DNA of 64,000 nt from Phaeosaccion multiseriatum (lineage: Eukaryota > Protista > Ochrophyta, other classes): NCBI GenBank assembly GCA_965112735.1, contig OZ218952.1, forward strand, positions 310,001-374,000. Reading direction: 5' to 3'. Position numbers and translations under genes: made by a program. A model generated the notes under the pieces. The model was not told the DNA's origin and ran no database searches. It was given only the letters and a program-made list of their open reading frames with translations. Position 1 is the first letter of the stretch. Every line of letters begins with the position of its first letter. This document shows positions 1 to 10,814 of this stretch, one piece after another.

Positions 1-1953
1 CATCAAGAATGATCATGATGATAGGCGTCGCACCACCCGCATCCGGTCCCTCCGCCCCCTGGATCAGCGCGAAGGGCCCGTGTTTCAGCGCTCCTCCGCT
101 GTAGCCCTCGGCATGGATGTAGGCCTGGGCGGAGAGAGAGAGAGCGGGCGGGGAGAGGTATGGAACGTCAGCGTGAAGTGGATGGCGGCGGAGGAAGAAG
201 GGGAAGGTGGGTGGAGACAGAGAGTGAATCAGTCATTCAGTCAGTCCTCCCTCCTTCCTTTCCTTTTGTATCACCAACTCCCTTACCATCTCCTTGAGCT
301 TCAGCGCCCCCTCCAGGGCCACGGGCTCAGCATATCCCTTGCCCAGCACAAAGCAGTGCTTCTTATTGACAAGGCGGGCGGCGAGGGCCTTGCATTGGGG
401 CCTCACGCCCATGGCCATGCCGAAGGAGATGGGCAGCCGCTGGAGAGCCTCGAACACAGCGGTGGAGTCGGGTAGCAGCACGTCTAGAGGGGGGGGGTAC
501 ATGAGGAGGAGGAGGAGGAGGAGGAGGAGGAGGAGGAGGAGGAGGAGGAGGAGGAGGAGGAGGAGGAGGAGGAGGAGGAGGAGGAGGAGGGGAGTGGTGG
601 CACTGCTGAGCTTGGGTCTGACACACTCACGAACTTTTCTGAAGCTGTCCCTCACTTCCTTGCTCACTCACTTACACACTCACTCACTCACTCACTCACT
701 CGCTCACTCACCGTAGTCATCTTCTACATCGTTTTTGATTTGCCTGAACCAAAGCGCGAGCAGCGCCAACACAGTCACCTGCAAGAGGGGCCGGGGAGGG
801 GCAGGGGTATGCGTGGGGCGGGGCGACGCACAGAGCGTGAGGGGGTGGGGGGGGTAGGGAGGGAGAGAGAGAGGGAGGGAGGGGGGGAGGGAGGGGGAGA
901 AGATCGAATGTCTGCGGCCTTTGCGGGTGTGTGTGTGGATGGAGCGGGCCTGAGTCCACTAGACAGAGCACTCATTTGCTGCCATTTGACGCACGCGCTC
1001 ACCTGAGTGGTGAAGGCCTTGGTGGAAGCCACACCGGTTTCCCGACCGGCGTTAAGGTACACTCCCAGCTGCGTGGAGCGGGCCACTGCGCTGCCCACAG
1101 CATTGACCACACTCATTCGCGTGACCCCGTGCATCTCCGCGTGCTTCAGAGCCTTAAGAAGGGGGAGGGGAGAGGAGGGGGGAGCGCCTTCGTAAACGGC
1201 GGCTGAGAGGGACACTTCTGTTTTTGCCAAAACACCGCTCACGCACGCATACACACATGCACGCACACACGGACACATGCACGCACACAGACCGACACAC
1301 ACATACACACACACTCATACACACATACATATACATATATATATACATATATATATATTATATATATAATACATATATATACATATATATAATGTATATA
1401 TATATATAACAGAGACCTCCCTCCCTACCTTGAGCACATCTCTCGTCTCTCCGCTCTGCGAAACGACGAGCATGCCCCCGTTACGCACGGGCAAGTCCGA
1501 CGCACGCATCTCTGCCGCATCCATGGCCTGCACCGTCTCCATGGACCCCATCTCCCTCATGAGCTTCGCTCCGTACTGGGCCGCATAGAGGGAGGTCCCG
1601 CACGCAGCGAGGACGAGGTGCTTCATCGGGAGGAGCTTGTCGCGGTGTCTATCGGGCCCGCCGAGGATGACTCGGCCGTCGGAGAGGCGGCCTCCGAAGG
1701 CCAGCGAGCGAGCAATGGCTTCGGGCTGCTGCATGGTTTCCTTAATGGTCCAGTGCGGCCATGGGGCGGGGTCGGTCTCAATCTGGGAAGGGGGTTTCGG
1801 GGGTGGGGGGGATGGGGGGAGGAGGAGGAGGGGGAGTAGGGAGCGTGGTGGAGTGAGCAAGCCGACTCTGACAGCTCCATGACGATAACGAGGAGCAAGA
1901 GGAGGGGGGGAGGGGGAGAAGGAGGAGCAGGAGGAGGAGGAGGAGGAGGAGGA

Positions 1954-1986
<33 letters not shown>

Positions 1987-2005
1987 CAAGAAGAAGAAGA
2001 AGAAG

Positions 2006-2037
<32 letters not shown>

Positions 2038-4268
2038 GGTAGCACACTTACCTTTTGGTCTGGTGCGACCTCGATCCTGCTAATGTCGAGGGAGTGCCCC
2101 TTGTCGCTGATGACTCCGATCTCTCCGTCCTTCATCGCGATGAAGTTCTTGGTGTGGCTGTGTTGCGTTGTGTTGTGTGAAGAGGAGGAGGAGGAGGGTT
2201 GGTGTGTTTGTAAGCGTGGGTGGGTGGGGGCAGTACATATTCACTATGAGCAATGCTTACTCACTATCTCTCCCTCTATCTGCTCCACTCTCCCTCTCTC
2301 CCCTCCCCCCCTTGGCTCCCTTACCGACTGAATGCAGAAGTCTCGGAGGCCACAAACGTGTGGTTCTGCGAGATGCCAATGACCATCGGCGAGCCGTTAC
2401 ACGCCAGCACTATGCGTCCCTCCTTGGACCCCTTCTGCAACACCGCGATGCCCCAGGTGCCATCGCAGCGCTCAAGTGCACGTGCGGTGGCGTCTTTGAG
2501 AGTAATATTGCCTCCTGTCGCCTCCGCCATGTCAAGTTCTTGGCCGATGAGGTGGGCGATGACTTCGGAGTCGGTCTCGCTGCGGAACTCGATGCCCTTG
2601 GCCTTTTTTTTTTGGGGGATTGAAGTGGATGGGTGGGTGGGGAGGGGGGGGGGGGGGGGAGAGGGTTCAAGAGCGACAGGGAGAGGGAAAGGCGCAGCGG
2701 CAGCTAGTCGGTGAAATAGTTGGTGGTACAGCAGTAGCAGGAGGTGCTGTGAGCCAGTCGACAAAAAATGACGTTTCGAGACAAAGCGAAAACAACAAGA
2801 GTCACCGTGACGCAGAAAGGCAGAAGAAAGGAGAGAGCTCCTCCTACTCCTGTTCCTGATCCTCCTCCCCCCCCCTCTCACCCCCTTCCCCCCCCCCTCC
2901 CCTCCCCCCCCTCCCCTCGTCCTGACGCCCCATAGGCCTCACGACCTACCTCCAACGCCTCCCGGAGCTCAGCGGCGTTGTTGATGGTCCCATTGTGCAC
3001 GAGGGCGATGCGGTTGCCGTAGTCCATGTGTGGATGCGCGTTTTTGTCGGTCTTTCCGCCGTGCGTGGCCCACCGCGTGTGGGCAATGCCGATGGAATGA
3101 TTAGCGTGCTGGCCGCTGTTTTGCTGCAAAGGGAGGGGGAGAGGGGGGAGGGTGGGGGGATATGAGCTCGAGATGAGGGGCGAGGACTGGACGGGGGTGG
3201 GGGGGCGGGATGAACCAAGGAAAAGGGGCGGTCTCGGCTGGAGCGTTGCTCTCTCCTGGCGACGGTCTTGGTATCGCTATTGTTCTCCTGCTGAGGTGGC
3301 CCCTCACTTCCCTCCTTTCTCCCTTCTCTCCCTCTCTTCTCTCTCCCTCCCTCCCTCCCTCTGACCTTGAGGAAGGAGAAAGAGTCGGAGGTATCCTTGG
3401 AAGCGTACTTGGTGACCAGCACTTTGCTGTCCTCGTCCACTGTGGCCAGCCCGGCGGAGTCGTAGCCCCTGTTACGTAGGATGCTGAGGCCCTCCAGGAG
3501 GTAGAAGTGTGCATCGGAAGAGGTACTGGGGTAGGCGGAGGGTGGAAGGGAACGGAGGGGCGAAGGGAAGGGCATTGGTATATGCATCGCGAAGAAAAGC
3601 AAGGGGCGGCGGATGCGTATAAGAAGGCGCGAGAAGAGATGGAGAGGGGTGTCAGGGTTATGAGAAGGGGTCCTCCTTGGCAGAGGGGCACATGGGCGTT
3701 AAACGTATAATAGGTCCAGAACGGTTTACAAAAAGTGTATGGCGTGTGCGATATGTTGAGAAAGGAGACGGTTCAAGCTTGAAGAGGGAAGGATATGAAT
3801 AAGACCGGAGGACGCTCGAGTGACTCACCCCACGACTCCAACGATGCCACACGCTTCGACTTGGTCCTTCTCGGCGGCCACCCCAACGGCGGCCGCTGCG
3901 GCAGTCGCAGCCCCCACACCGAGCCAGTTTCGCCACCCACTGCTGCCGCTGCTGCCTCTATTATGACTGCCTCTGCTCCTCTTTCCCGACCCCCCCCCCG
4001 AATTTGTTCTATAACTTGTTGTGCTGCAGGAGAGACTCCGCGCTGAAGCCGTGGTGGCTCTGTGCAACCAACGCTGTCTTCCCTCCCGGGCTCCCCGAGA
4101 CAGAAAACTGAAGCTTCTGCAGTCGCTGCGGCAGTTGTGAGCCTCAGCCGCTTTCCCTTGGGCTGCCGAGGCGGAGGCTGCTGCCCATGTTCCCTGGTAC
4201 CTGCCGACTGCCGTTGATGCGGCCGCCACCCTGCGTACCCCCGAGCTCCTCAGCAGCACTTGGCTCAT
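1..4268 (-). CDS. GFAT: Glutamine:fructose-6-phosphate amidotransferase (GFAT/GlmS), multi-exon, 3' end runs off the window
   Basis: Spliced exons give CGIVGVVG (catalytic Cys codon 3849-3851), [70 protein letters not shown]|[25 protein letters not shown] junctions checked, e.g. intron 125-286. The start at ATG 4268 is inferred. Confidence 0.95.
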
Positions 4269-4466
4269 CCTGCAAGACTTCCTGCTCCCCTGAGAGCGGC
4301 ACTCTTGCACACTGTTGTGGGGTGCAAGGATTTTTCTTTCTTTCTTTCTGCCTATGCAGCAGAAGGAAACAGTGTGGCAGAAACAGATCGTCGCCATGAA
4401 AAGACGTTGGTGCTTCGACTGGGTGGGTGCTCACTTCAGGGGCGGGTCGGCGCGTGTGTGCAGACT

Positions 4467-4886
4467 ATGGATGTGTATGGAGCGCAGCAACGGGAGCTTG
4501 TGCAGCAGTTCTTTGCCCAGCACAACCTGCCAGCCTTGCACATTCCAGACGCAGCAGCAGCAGCAGGAGCAGCAGATGCAGCCGACGCTCCTTGGACTCC
4601 TGAGCAGCTCCGCGAAGGCATTGCCGCTGTGTTGGACCTGATTGAGAATGAGGACAGGGGGGCTGTGGTGAGGAACGAACGCGTGAGGCTGAGGGGAGAG
4701 GTGGACAAGAAGGTGGCCGAGCTTGCTCAGCTGCAGGTGCGTCTCGCGAGGGTCAAGCAGCAGGCCAAGGAGGAGGAGGAATTGGAGAGGAGAAGAACGC
4801 TCACAGAGGGGGCGGCCGTGCGGCAAGCAATGGGCCTCTTGGAGGACATTAAGCATCGCATCGAGGAGGATGCGGAGTCGTGGTGA
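4467..4886 (+). CDS. Hypothetical coiled-coil protein, first exon; downstream exon structure unresolved
   Basis: ATG at 4467 opens MDVYGAQQRELVQQFF...ELAQLQVRLARVKQQAKEEEELERRR, which is heptad-like. A GTGAGT donor lies near 4883 and a further helical segment near 4941-5030 reads VLGYSEELGKCALELNSLIQQREAL. Head-to-head with GFAT. Confidence 0.5.
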   Translation: MDVYGAQQRELVQQFFAQHNLPALHIPDAAAAAGAADAADAPWTPEQLREGIAAVLDLIENEDRGAVVRNERVRLRGEVDKKVAELAQLQVRLARVKQQAKEEEELERRRTLTEGAAVRQAMGLLEDIKHRIEEDAESW

Positions 4887-5984
4887 GTCTCTGGGAGACA
4901 AGAGGAGGTGCCGGTTGGGCCCGAGTAGGGCACGCCCACAGTGCTTGGCTACAGCGAGGAACTAGGGAAGTGCGCGCTCGAGCTCAACAGCCTTATCCAG
5001 CAGAGGGAGGCCTTGCATGTCGAGACTGGGGAGTCTACACGGCATTACCCATACCCCGAGCGAAAACCGAGGAGCGCTGAGCCTAACAGGTGGGGGAGAC
5101 CGAGGAGCTGTGCATTTCTTCCACTGAGCCCCTTGCTCCAGAGAGAGAGAGAGAGGGAGGGGGGGGGGGGCGGCTTCTCGCGTCTGGGAAACGTAAAGAA
5201 CTCTCATCACTCCCCGTCTTACTGGGGAAGGCAAAGAAAGGGCCCTCTCGCCTCCTGTGGCACTGCTGCCTGCATAGGCACGGCCCCGGCTGAGGCTGAG
5301 AGCGGGCCGGCCACCGGGAGCGCACGCCCCTCTTTCCGCAGAGCCGCATGTGGAGGACCCCGGACCAAGTGCGGGTGTGTTCGTGAGTGCCTCCATCACT
5401 AGGAGGGAACTTCGAAGTCGGCAAGACGGTATACCGTATGGGACCATCAGCAGCCCCGGGGCAGGACACCACGGGTAGCCCCTGGTCACATGCCCCTCCC
5501 TTCCCACCGCCCCCTCCCCGTCTAGGGAAAGGCCTGGTAATATATGCTGTGTGGTCGGGTTGCTCGCTTTGGGTGGAAGCAGTCGTGGAATGCAGGCAGA
5601 GATGGACTTGCTAAACAAAACATGCTTTTTATACGATAAGGGGAGCAACATGCCCGACGTTGTGTGTCGCACACAGCACTGTATGGCACGCATCACCTCT
5701 GCGCTTCGCAGTGTCCATCCGTTCCCCCCGCCCCATCTACCCAACGAAGGAGCCAAGTCGAGCCCTGTCCTGCCTGGCTCCCTCCCCTCCACCGTCTGCT
5801 ATCAGACGCAGCTCGAGGGCGTACAGTTACTCACTCACGAGCGAGCACCCTCCTTTGTCAATTCCTTGGAGCTCCTCCATGCGTCTGCTGCTCGTACTAC
5901 ACAGGCGTCTCATCTGCTCCTCTGCAGGACCAGGACCTTGTTGCTTCTACATACAGGCACTTGCAAACGATTCGAGTCGCCCAC

Positions 5985-8312
5985 TCACGACTCCATGGCA
6001 GTGCTTGTACCCTCAGCCCCTCCGTTGCTCTCCTGCTGCTGTTCAGCTCTGAGAGCCGCTCTACTCGCCTCCGTCCTCTCCGCCGACGCCTCAATCTCCG
6101 ACACGACGCGATTGAAGGGCGCCGCTGCCGGAGAGTCTGCAAAGTCCTCCACAAAGGACCGCCCTTCCTCGCACGCCTTGAGGAGGTTGGGGTCCAGCGG
6201 TACGTGACCCAAGTACGGTGCCCCGGCCTTGTCCGCCATGCCCCTTGGCCCGCTTCCAAAGGCGGGGAACACATCTACGCACGCAAGATACTTGAGAACT
6301 TCGGGGGCTTGTTTGGCGAGACAGGCCATGACCTCTGCCGACTTGTCGCTACCGGTGGACGGGTCCTTGAAGCTCAGACCCTGCACGGGCACTTGGAGAC
6401 CGCTCATGTTCTCCACCACGCCCAGCACGGGGATGGACTGTTTTGTTTTTGTTTTTCCGCGAGGGGGAGGGGGAGGCGCAAGCAAGCCAAAAAGATGAGT
6501 GACCAACATCCCTTCCCTTCGAAGCAGGCATCAAGAGAGCAAGGGGCGGACGCTGCTGCTCTACTTTTCATTCTGATCGAATCCCCCTACCACTGCTAAG
6601 GTACTGTACTGACCGTCTTTTTGCAAAAGTTGAGCTCCTTTCGCACATCCGCCATGGCCACTTCCTGCGGAGTGGTGACGATGACAGCGCCGTCAACATT
6701 GCTGCAACCCTTGAGATATTGCACCATGCTGATGTGCTCGTCGCTCGTGCCGGGGGGCGTGTCGATGATGAGGTAGTCAAGCTGGCCCCAGTCGACGTCG
6801 GTCAGGAACTGTTGGGAGGAGAGGAGAGGAGAGGAGAGGAAAGGTTGCGGCGGGGGAGGAAGTTGGTTGATTTCAAAGGAGGGCACGGCGAGGGAGAGCA
6901 ATGGTCGCATGGTCTTTATCCCTTGCATGCCCCTTACTCTTGTCAAGGGAAGGAAGACCCACACAGGCGACCAACCAAAGCAACACACTCTGCTGCGAAG
7001 ACGACCATCACCACACCTACCTGCTTGATGAGACCGTTCTTACGAGGCCCCCTCCAAATGACAGCGTCGTCCTGCTTGGGCAGCATGAAGCCCACAGACA
7101 TGACCCCCAAGTTGTCCTCCTACACATGTTGAGCGCACATGGGACAATAATTGGAATTGTTACGTAACACGGTGTAACACACACGTAATGTTGGAAATAT
7201 GGGAGCATGAAGCCCACAGACATGACCCCCAAGTTGTCCTCCTACACATGTTGAGCGCCGCAACAAACGATACGTAGAGAGGTGATTGGGAGGAGTGGCT
7301 GAGCCCCATTGACACTCGTCACTGATTGTACCCCGAGTGTAGGGGGAGTGATTGTCGAGTGGTGTGTTGGTTGGGTGTTGAGGAGTGGGGATAAGCGGAG
7401 AGGAGGAGTAGCTCAAACAGTTTGGAACATGAAGTATGTTTCACCACCACTTACCACGTACACAGGGCTCCAGCCCGATGCGCTCTGATGCACCTCCTGC
7501 CCGCTCAGGCCCAGCATGCGGGGCACTGACGGGCCGCAAATATCCACGTCCAGCAGCCCCACTTGCTTGCCTCGCCCCGCTAGAGCGAAGGCTAGCTGAC
7601 ACGAAAACGTGCTCTGCAAGGATGGAGGGGGGTGCAGGGGGCAGATTTGTCAGGGCGGAATTTTTGGTCAGGGGCCGCTGGCTCGAAGTGACACGGAGCC
7701 CACTGACTGACTGACTGACTGACTGTCTGGTCTGCCTGAGAGATTGTACTATTTTTCTGGGGGTCTGAGTGTTTATAGTCCGACCGATTGACAGACTGCC
7801 TCACTGCCTGACTGAATGCCTTGGATGCAAAAAAAGAGAGAGTGGAGGTGCTCGTGGCGCCCATGAGCGAGGACGGGACTAGTAGGCACGCGAAGGACCC
7901 AGCACTTCAATGTGATGCCTGCAGTGCCGATTCCCGATCATGCTGCCTGCCGAGTCTCACCTTGCCAACGCCCCCCTTGCCGGAGAGGACGAGGATGGTG
8001 TGCTTGACGTCTCCCAGCTTTTGCGCCACCGCTCCGACAGCTGCGAGTGAGACGGGTAGGGGAAGACGCGTCAGTAGCATGCTCTCCACAAAGAGGGAGC
8101 GGGGTAAGGGGCTGCGGAGGCCGCAGAGGGTGGACGAGGCTGTGTGCGGGGGGAAACACACCTGGATCGGGCTTGGCCGCTTCTCCCGAAGCGCAGGCCT
8201 TCTGATTGGGGCAGCCTGCGCAAGCGCTGGCCTTTCCCGCCTCCTGGGAGGAAGGGCCCACGCATCCCTCGTTTGCGTCCTTGGGCACTGCTGCTTGACC
8301 TTGGCCACTCAT
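5985..8312 (-). CDS. NBP35: Cytosolic Fe-S cluster assembly P-loop NTPase Nbp35/NUBP1, multi-exon
   Basis: N-terminal CX13CX2CX5C ([25 protein letters not shown]), SGKGGVGK|[25 protein letters not shown]|[25 protein letters not shown]. Confidence 0.95.
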
Positions 8313-8520
8313 CGTCGAGGAAATTTGATGGGCCGCTGGCTGCCACTCTCCCCGCCCGCTCTTCTGATACTGCTGCTACTCTTAAAGGGCCTCCTCCTTT
8401 CTCCGACCCGCTGCTACTGCGATGTTGCTATTTGCGGCTTCGGCTTTGATCATTTCTAGCTACACGTGTTAGTGCTCCAAAGGACTCACAAGTTTCAGCA
8501 GCAGGCAGCCTGGTAAGAGC

Positions 8521-9555
8521 ATGGAGCCCCCGCCGCTTCGGTACAAGGAGGACGAATATATTCGCACGTCCACGAGTAATCTCATTAGTCGCGGTGCTAT
8601 CGTGCATGGCTCGCAGAATGTCGCGGTCAAGGGCAAGGTGAGGGAGACCAAATGAAGAGGCGCGCAGTACATGGCCTTTCCGCCTACAACATACCTGGTC
8701 AGTCCTTTTGATTGTGTATGGTGACCAGCCACCCCCTTCCCCCCGCAGAGCATCATTATGGGCGGCGCTGTTGTCCGCGGCGATCTCGCGAAGGTCCAGA
8801 TCGGGAGGTTCTGTGCCGTTGCCGAGGGCGCTGTGCTGCACCCCGCGTACGTCTTGGAGCGAGAACAAGTAGCCGAAGGTAGGTGTACCTGATTGATTTG
8901 GCATAACATGATGCCTGTTCAGTCGGCCTGACCCTCCACTCGTGTGCCCCCGCTCCCCCCAACGACACGCTCCAAATGTGCAGGAGGCGAGCAGCAGCAG
9001 GGGCAGCAGCGCAAGTGTCGCTTCATACCCCTCACCGTCGGCAGCTACACTCACATTGGGTGCAACAGCGTGGTGCAGGCGGCTTGGGTAGGCAGCTTTG
9101 TGCGCATCGGCAACGACTGCGTCATTGGTCCCAACAGTGTCATCCGCGACAACTGCTCCCTGGAGGACGGCTGCGTACTGGCGGCGGGAGCGGTGGTGCC
9201 ACCCTTTACCGTGGTGAGGGGCACGCCAGGCAGGCTCTGCGAGGACATGCCAGAGGGCACCCCCATGATTCACAAGGAGGACGCTGTGGCTTTTTTCCAG
9301 CGCTTCGTGCCCTTCTCGCAGCCGGCGGGGGGGGAGGGGGAAGCAGAGGTGGAGGACGGCGCGGCGGTGAGCTGCTGTTGGCTGTGCGTGGACTCGCCCG
9401 TGGTGACGAGGTTTCGCCCCTGCGGATGTGCAGTGGCCTGCCGTCCGTGCTCGCAGCTCCTTTGGGGCTCGAAAAGGGGCTGCCCCATCTGTCAAGCCTC
9501 CATAGAGAGTGTAGGCCCAAGTGACCCTGACGAGGACGAAGACTTGTTCGGCTGA
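8521..9555 (+). CDS. DCTN5: Dynactin subunit 5 (p25, left-handed beta-helix) with a C-terminal RING finger, 3 exons
   Basis: MEPPPLRYKEDEYIRTSTSNLISRGAIVHGSQNVAVKGK|SIIMGGAVVRGDLAKVQIGRFC...IPLTVGSYTHIG..VVQAAWVGSFVRIGNDCVIG..VVPPFTVVRGTPG is typical p25. It is followed in the same exon by CWLC..PCGC.VACRPC..CPICQASI. Confidence 0.9.
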
Positions 9556-9599
9556 GACGCAGACAGAGAGAGAGACAGAGAAACAGAGAGAGAGAGAGA

Positions 9600-9694
9600 G
9601 AGCGACCTTCTGCGTGAGCTGAGAGGAAGAGAGAGATGGAGACCATCTGCACGAGCTGAGAGAGAAACACAGAGAGATGGCGACCTTCTGCGTG

Positions 9695-9725
<31 letters not shown>

Positions 9726-10010
9726 CTAGCGATCTTCTGCGCGAGCTGAGAGAGAACTGAGAGAGTCAGCGACCTTCCCCCGGGTCAGAGCGCGAGCTGA
9801 GAGAGAGAGAGTCCGCGAACTTCCCCCAGATGAGAGGGCGAGAGTCAGCGACGTCCCCCCCGGATCAGAGCGCAGCTGAGAGAGAGACGAGAGAGAGGGA
9901 AAGCCAGCGGCCTTCCCCCAGATGAGAGCACGAGCGGAGAGAGAGAGAGAGAAAGAGAGAGCGGGAGAGCCAGCGACCTTCCAGATGAGAGCGCGAGCAT
10001 GATGCCCCCC
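9600..10010. repeat. Degenerate minisatellite, about 9 units of GCGACCTTC...GAGCTGAGAG separated by (GA)n
   Basis: Recurrent units agcgaccttctgcgtgagctgagag and agcgaccttcccccgggtcagagcgcgagctgagag directly 3' of the DCTN5 stop. Confidence 0.8.
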
Positions 10011-10814
10011 GACACTCATATGAGCTGGCGTGGCTGGGCATGGTTGCGAAGATGCACCAGTCTTTGAGGCGGCCGCTGTCGAGCAGCAACAGAGCAACGA
10101 GACTTGCTCTCTCTGCTGCTGCTGCTGCTCCAGTTGGCCCTGAGTCTCTGACGCGAGGGACCACCCTCCCTTTGCCACGCGGACCGCTTGCGGCGCCCCC
10201 CCCCCCTCGAGGAGGAGATTGTGCGTCGCGACACGGACGACGACCACCTGTGGAGCGCTGTTAGGACTGGACCTAAGGCGGCAGTTTTAGGCTCCACACC
10301 GCCCGTCGAAAGAGGACTGGCACTGACTTGACTGCCCAAGCGGAAAGGGGGGGAAGGCTTTGTGCAATGTCAGGGTCTAGCCTTGAGAAGTCATTTTGGT
10401 TCAGGAATAGCAGTTCACGAACGTACTTGACAGAAGGGGGGGGGGGGGGGTAGAGTAAAGCGAGTCGGCGCGCACCGGTTCCGTATGATGAATAAAGTCC
10501 AGGCGCTTATAATGGCCTGAAAGGAAAGGGGCCGCTCTCTGCCCTGCCCTCAGGGGGTTGAGACCGGAAAGGTCCAGGTACTCACTCGCTCACAAAACCA
10601 ACTTTCCTTTCATTATGTTTATCACTTGTTCCTCAACCGCACAAGGTGCCCCCCCCCCCCGCCCTCCCTTATCTATGTTTGTCAATGTAAATACATGGAT
10701 TGAATATACCCGCCTGTAGTTTGTAATGCAAATACATGGATGGAATATATGTACATGCCCCCGTAGAACAAAATTAAAAAGTACCTCATGTGTCCTGTCC
10801 TGCCCCGCCTGGCC

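Noticed and set aside
500-590. Long poly-Leu, poly-Arg, poly-Pro and similar ORFs here and at 19.2-19.6, 32.7, 36.8, 41.0, 41.9 and 53.4 kb
   Set aside because: They are translations of intronic microsatellites inside GT-AG introns, not coding sequence.
9600-10010. Repeat-spacer appearance suggestive of CRISPR
   Set aside because: Units are degenerate, the spacers are (GA)n, there are no cas genes and the context is eukaryotic.
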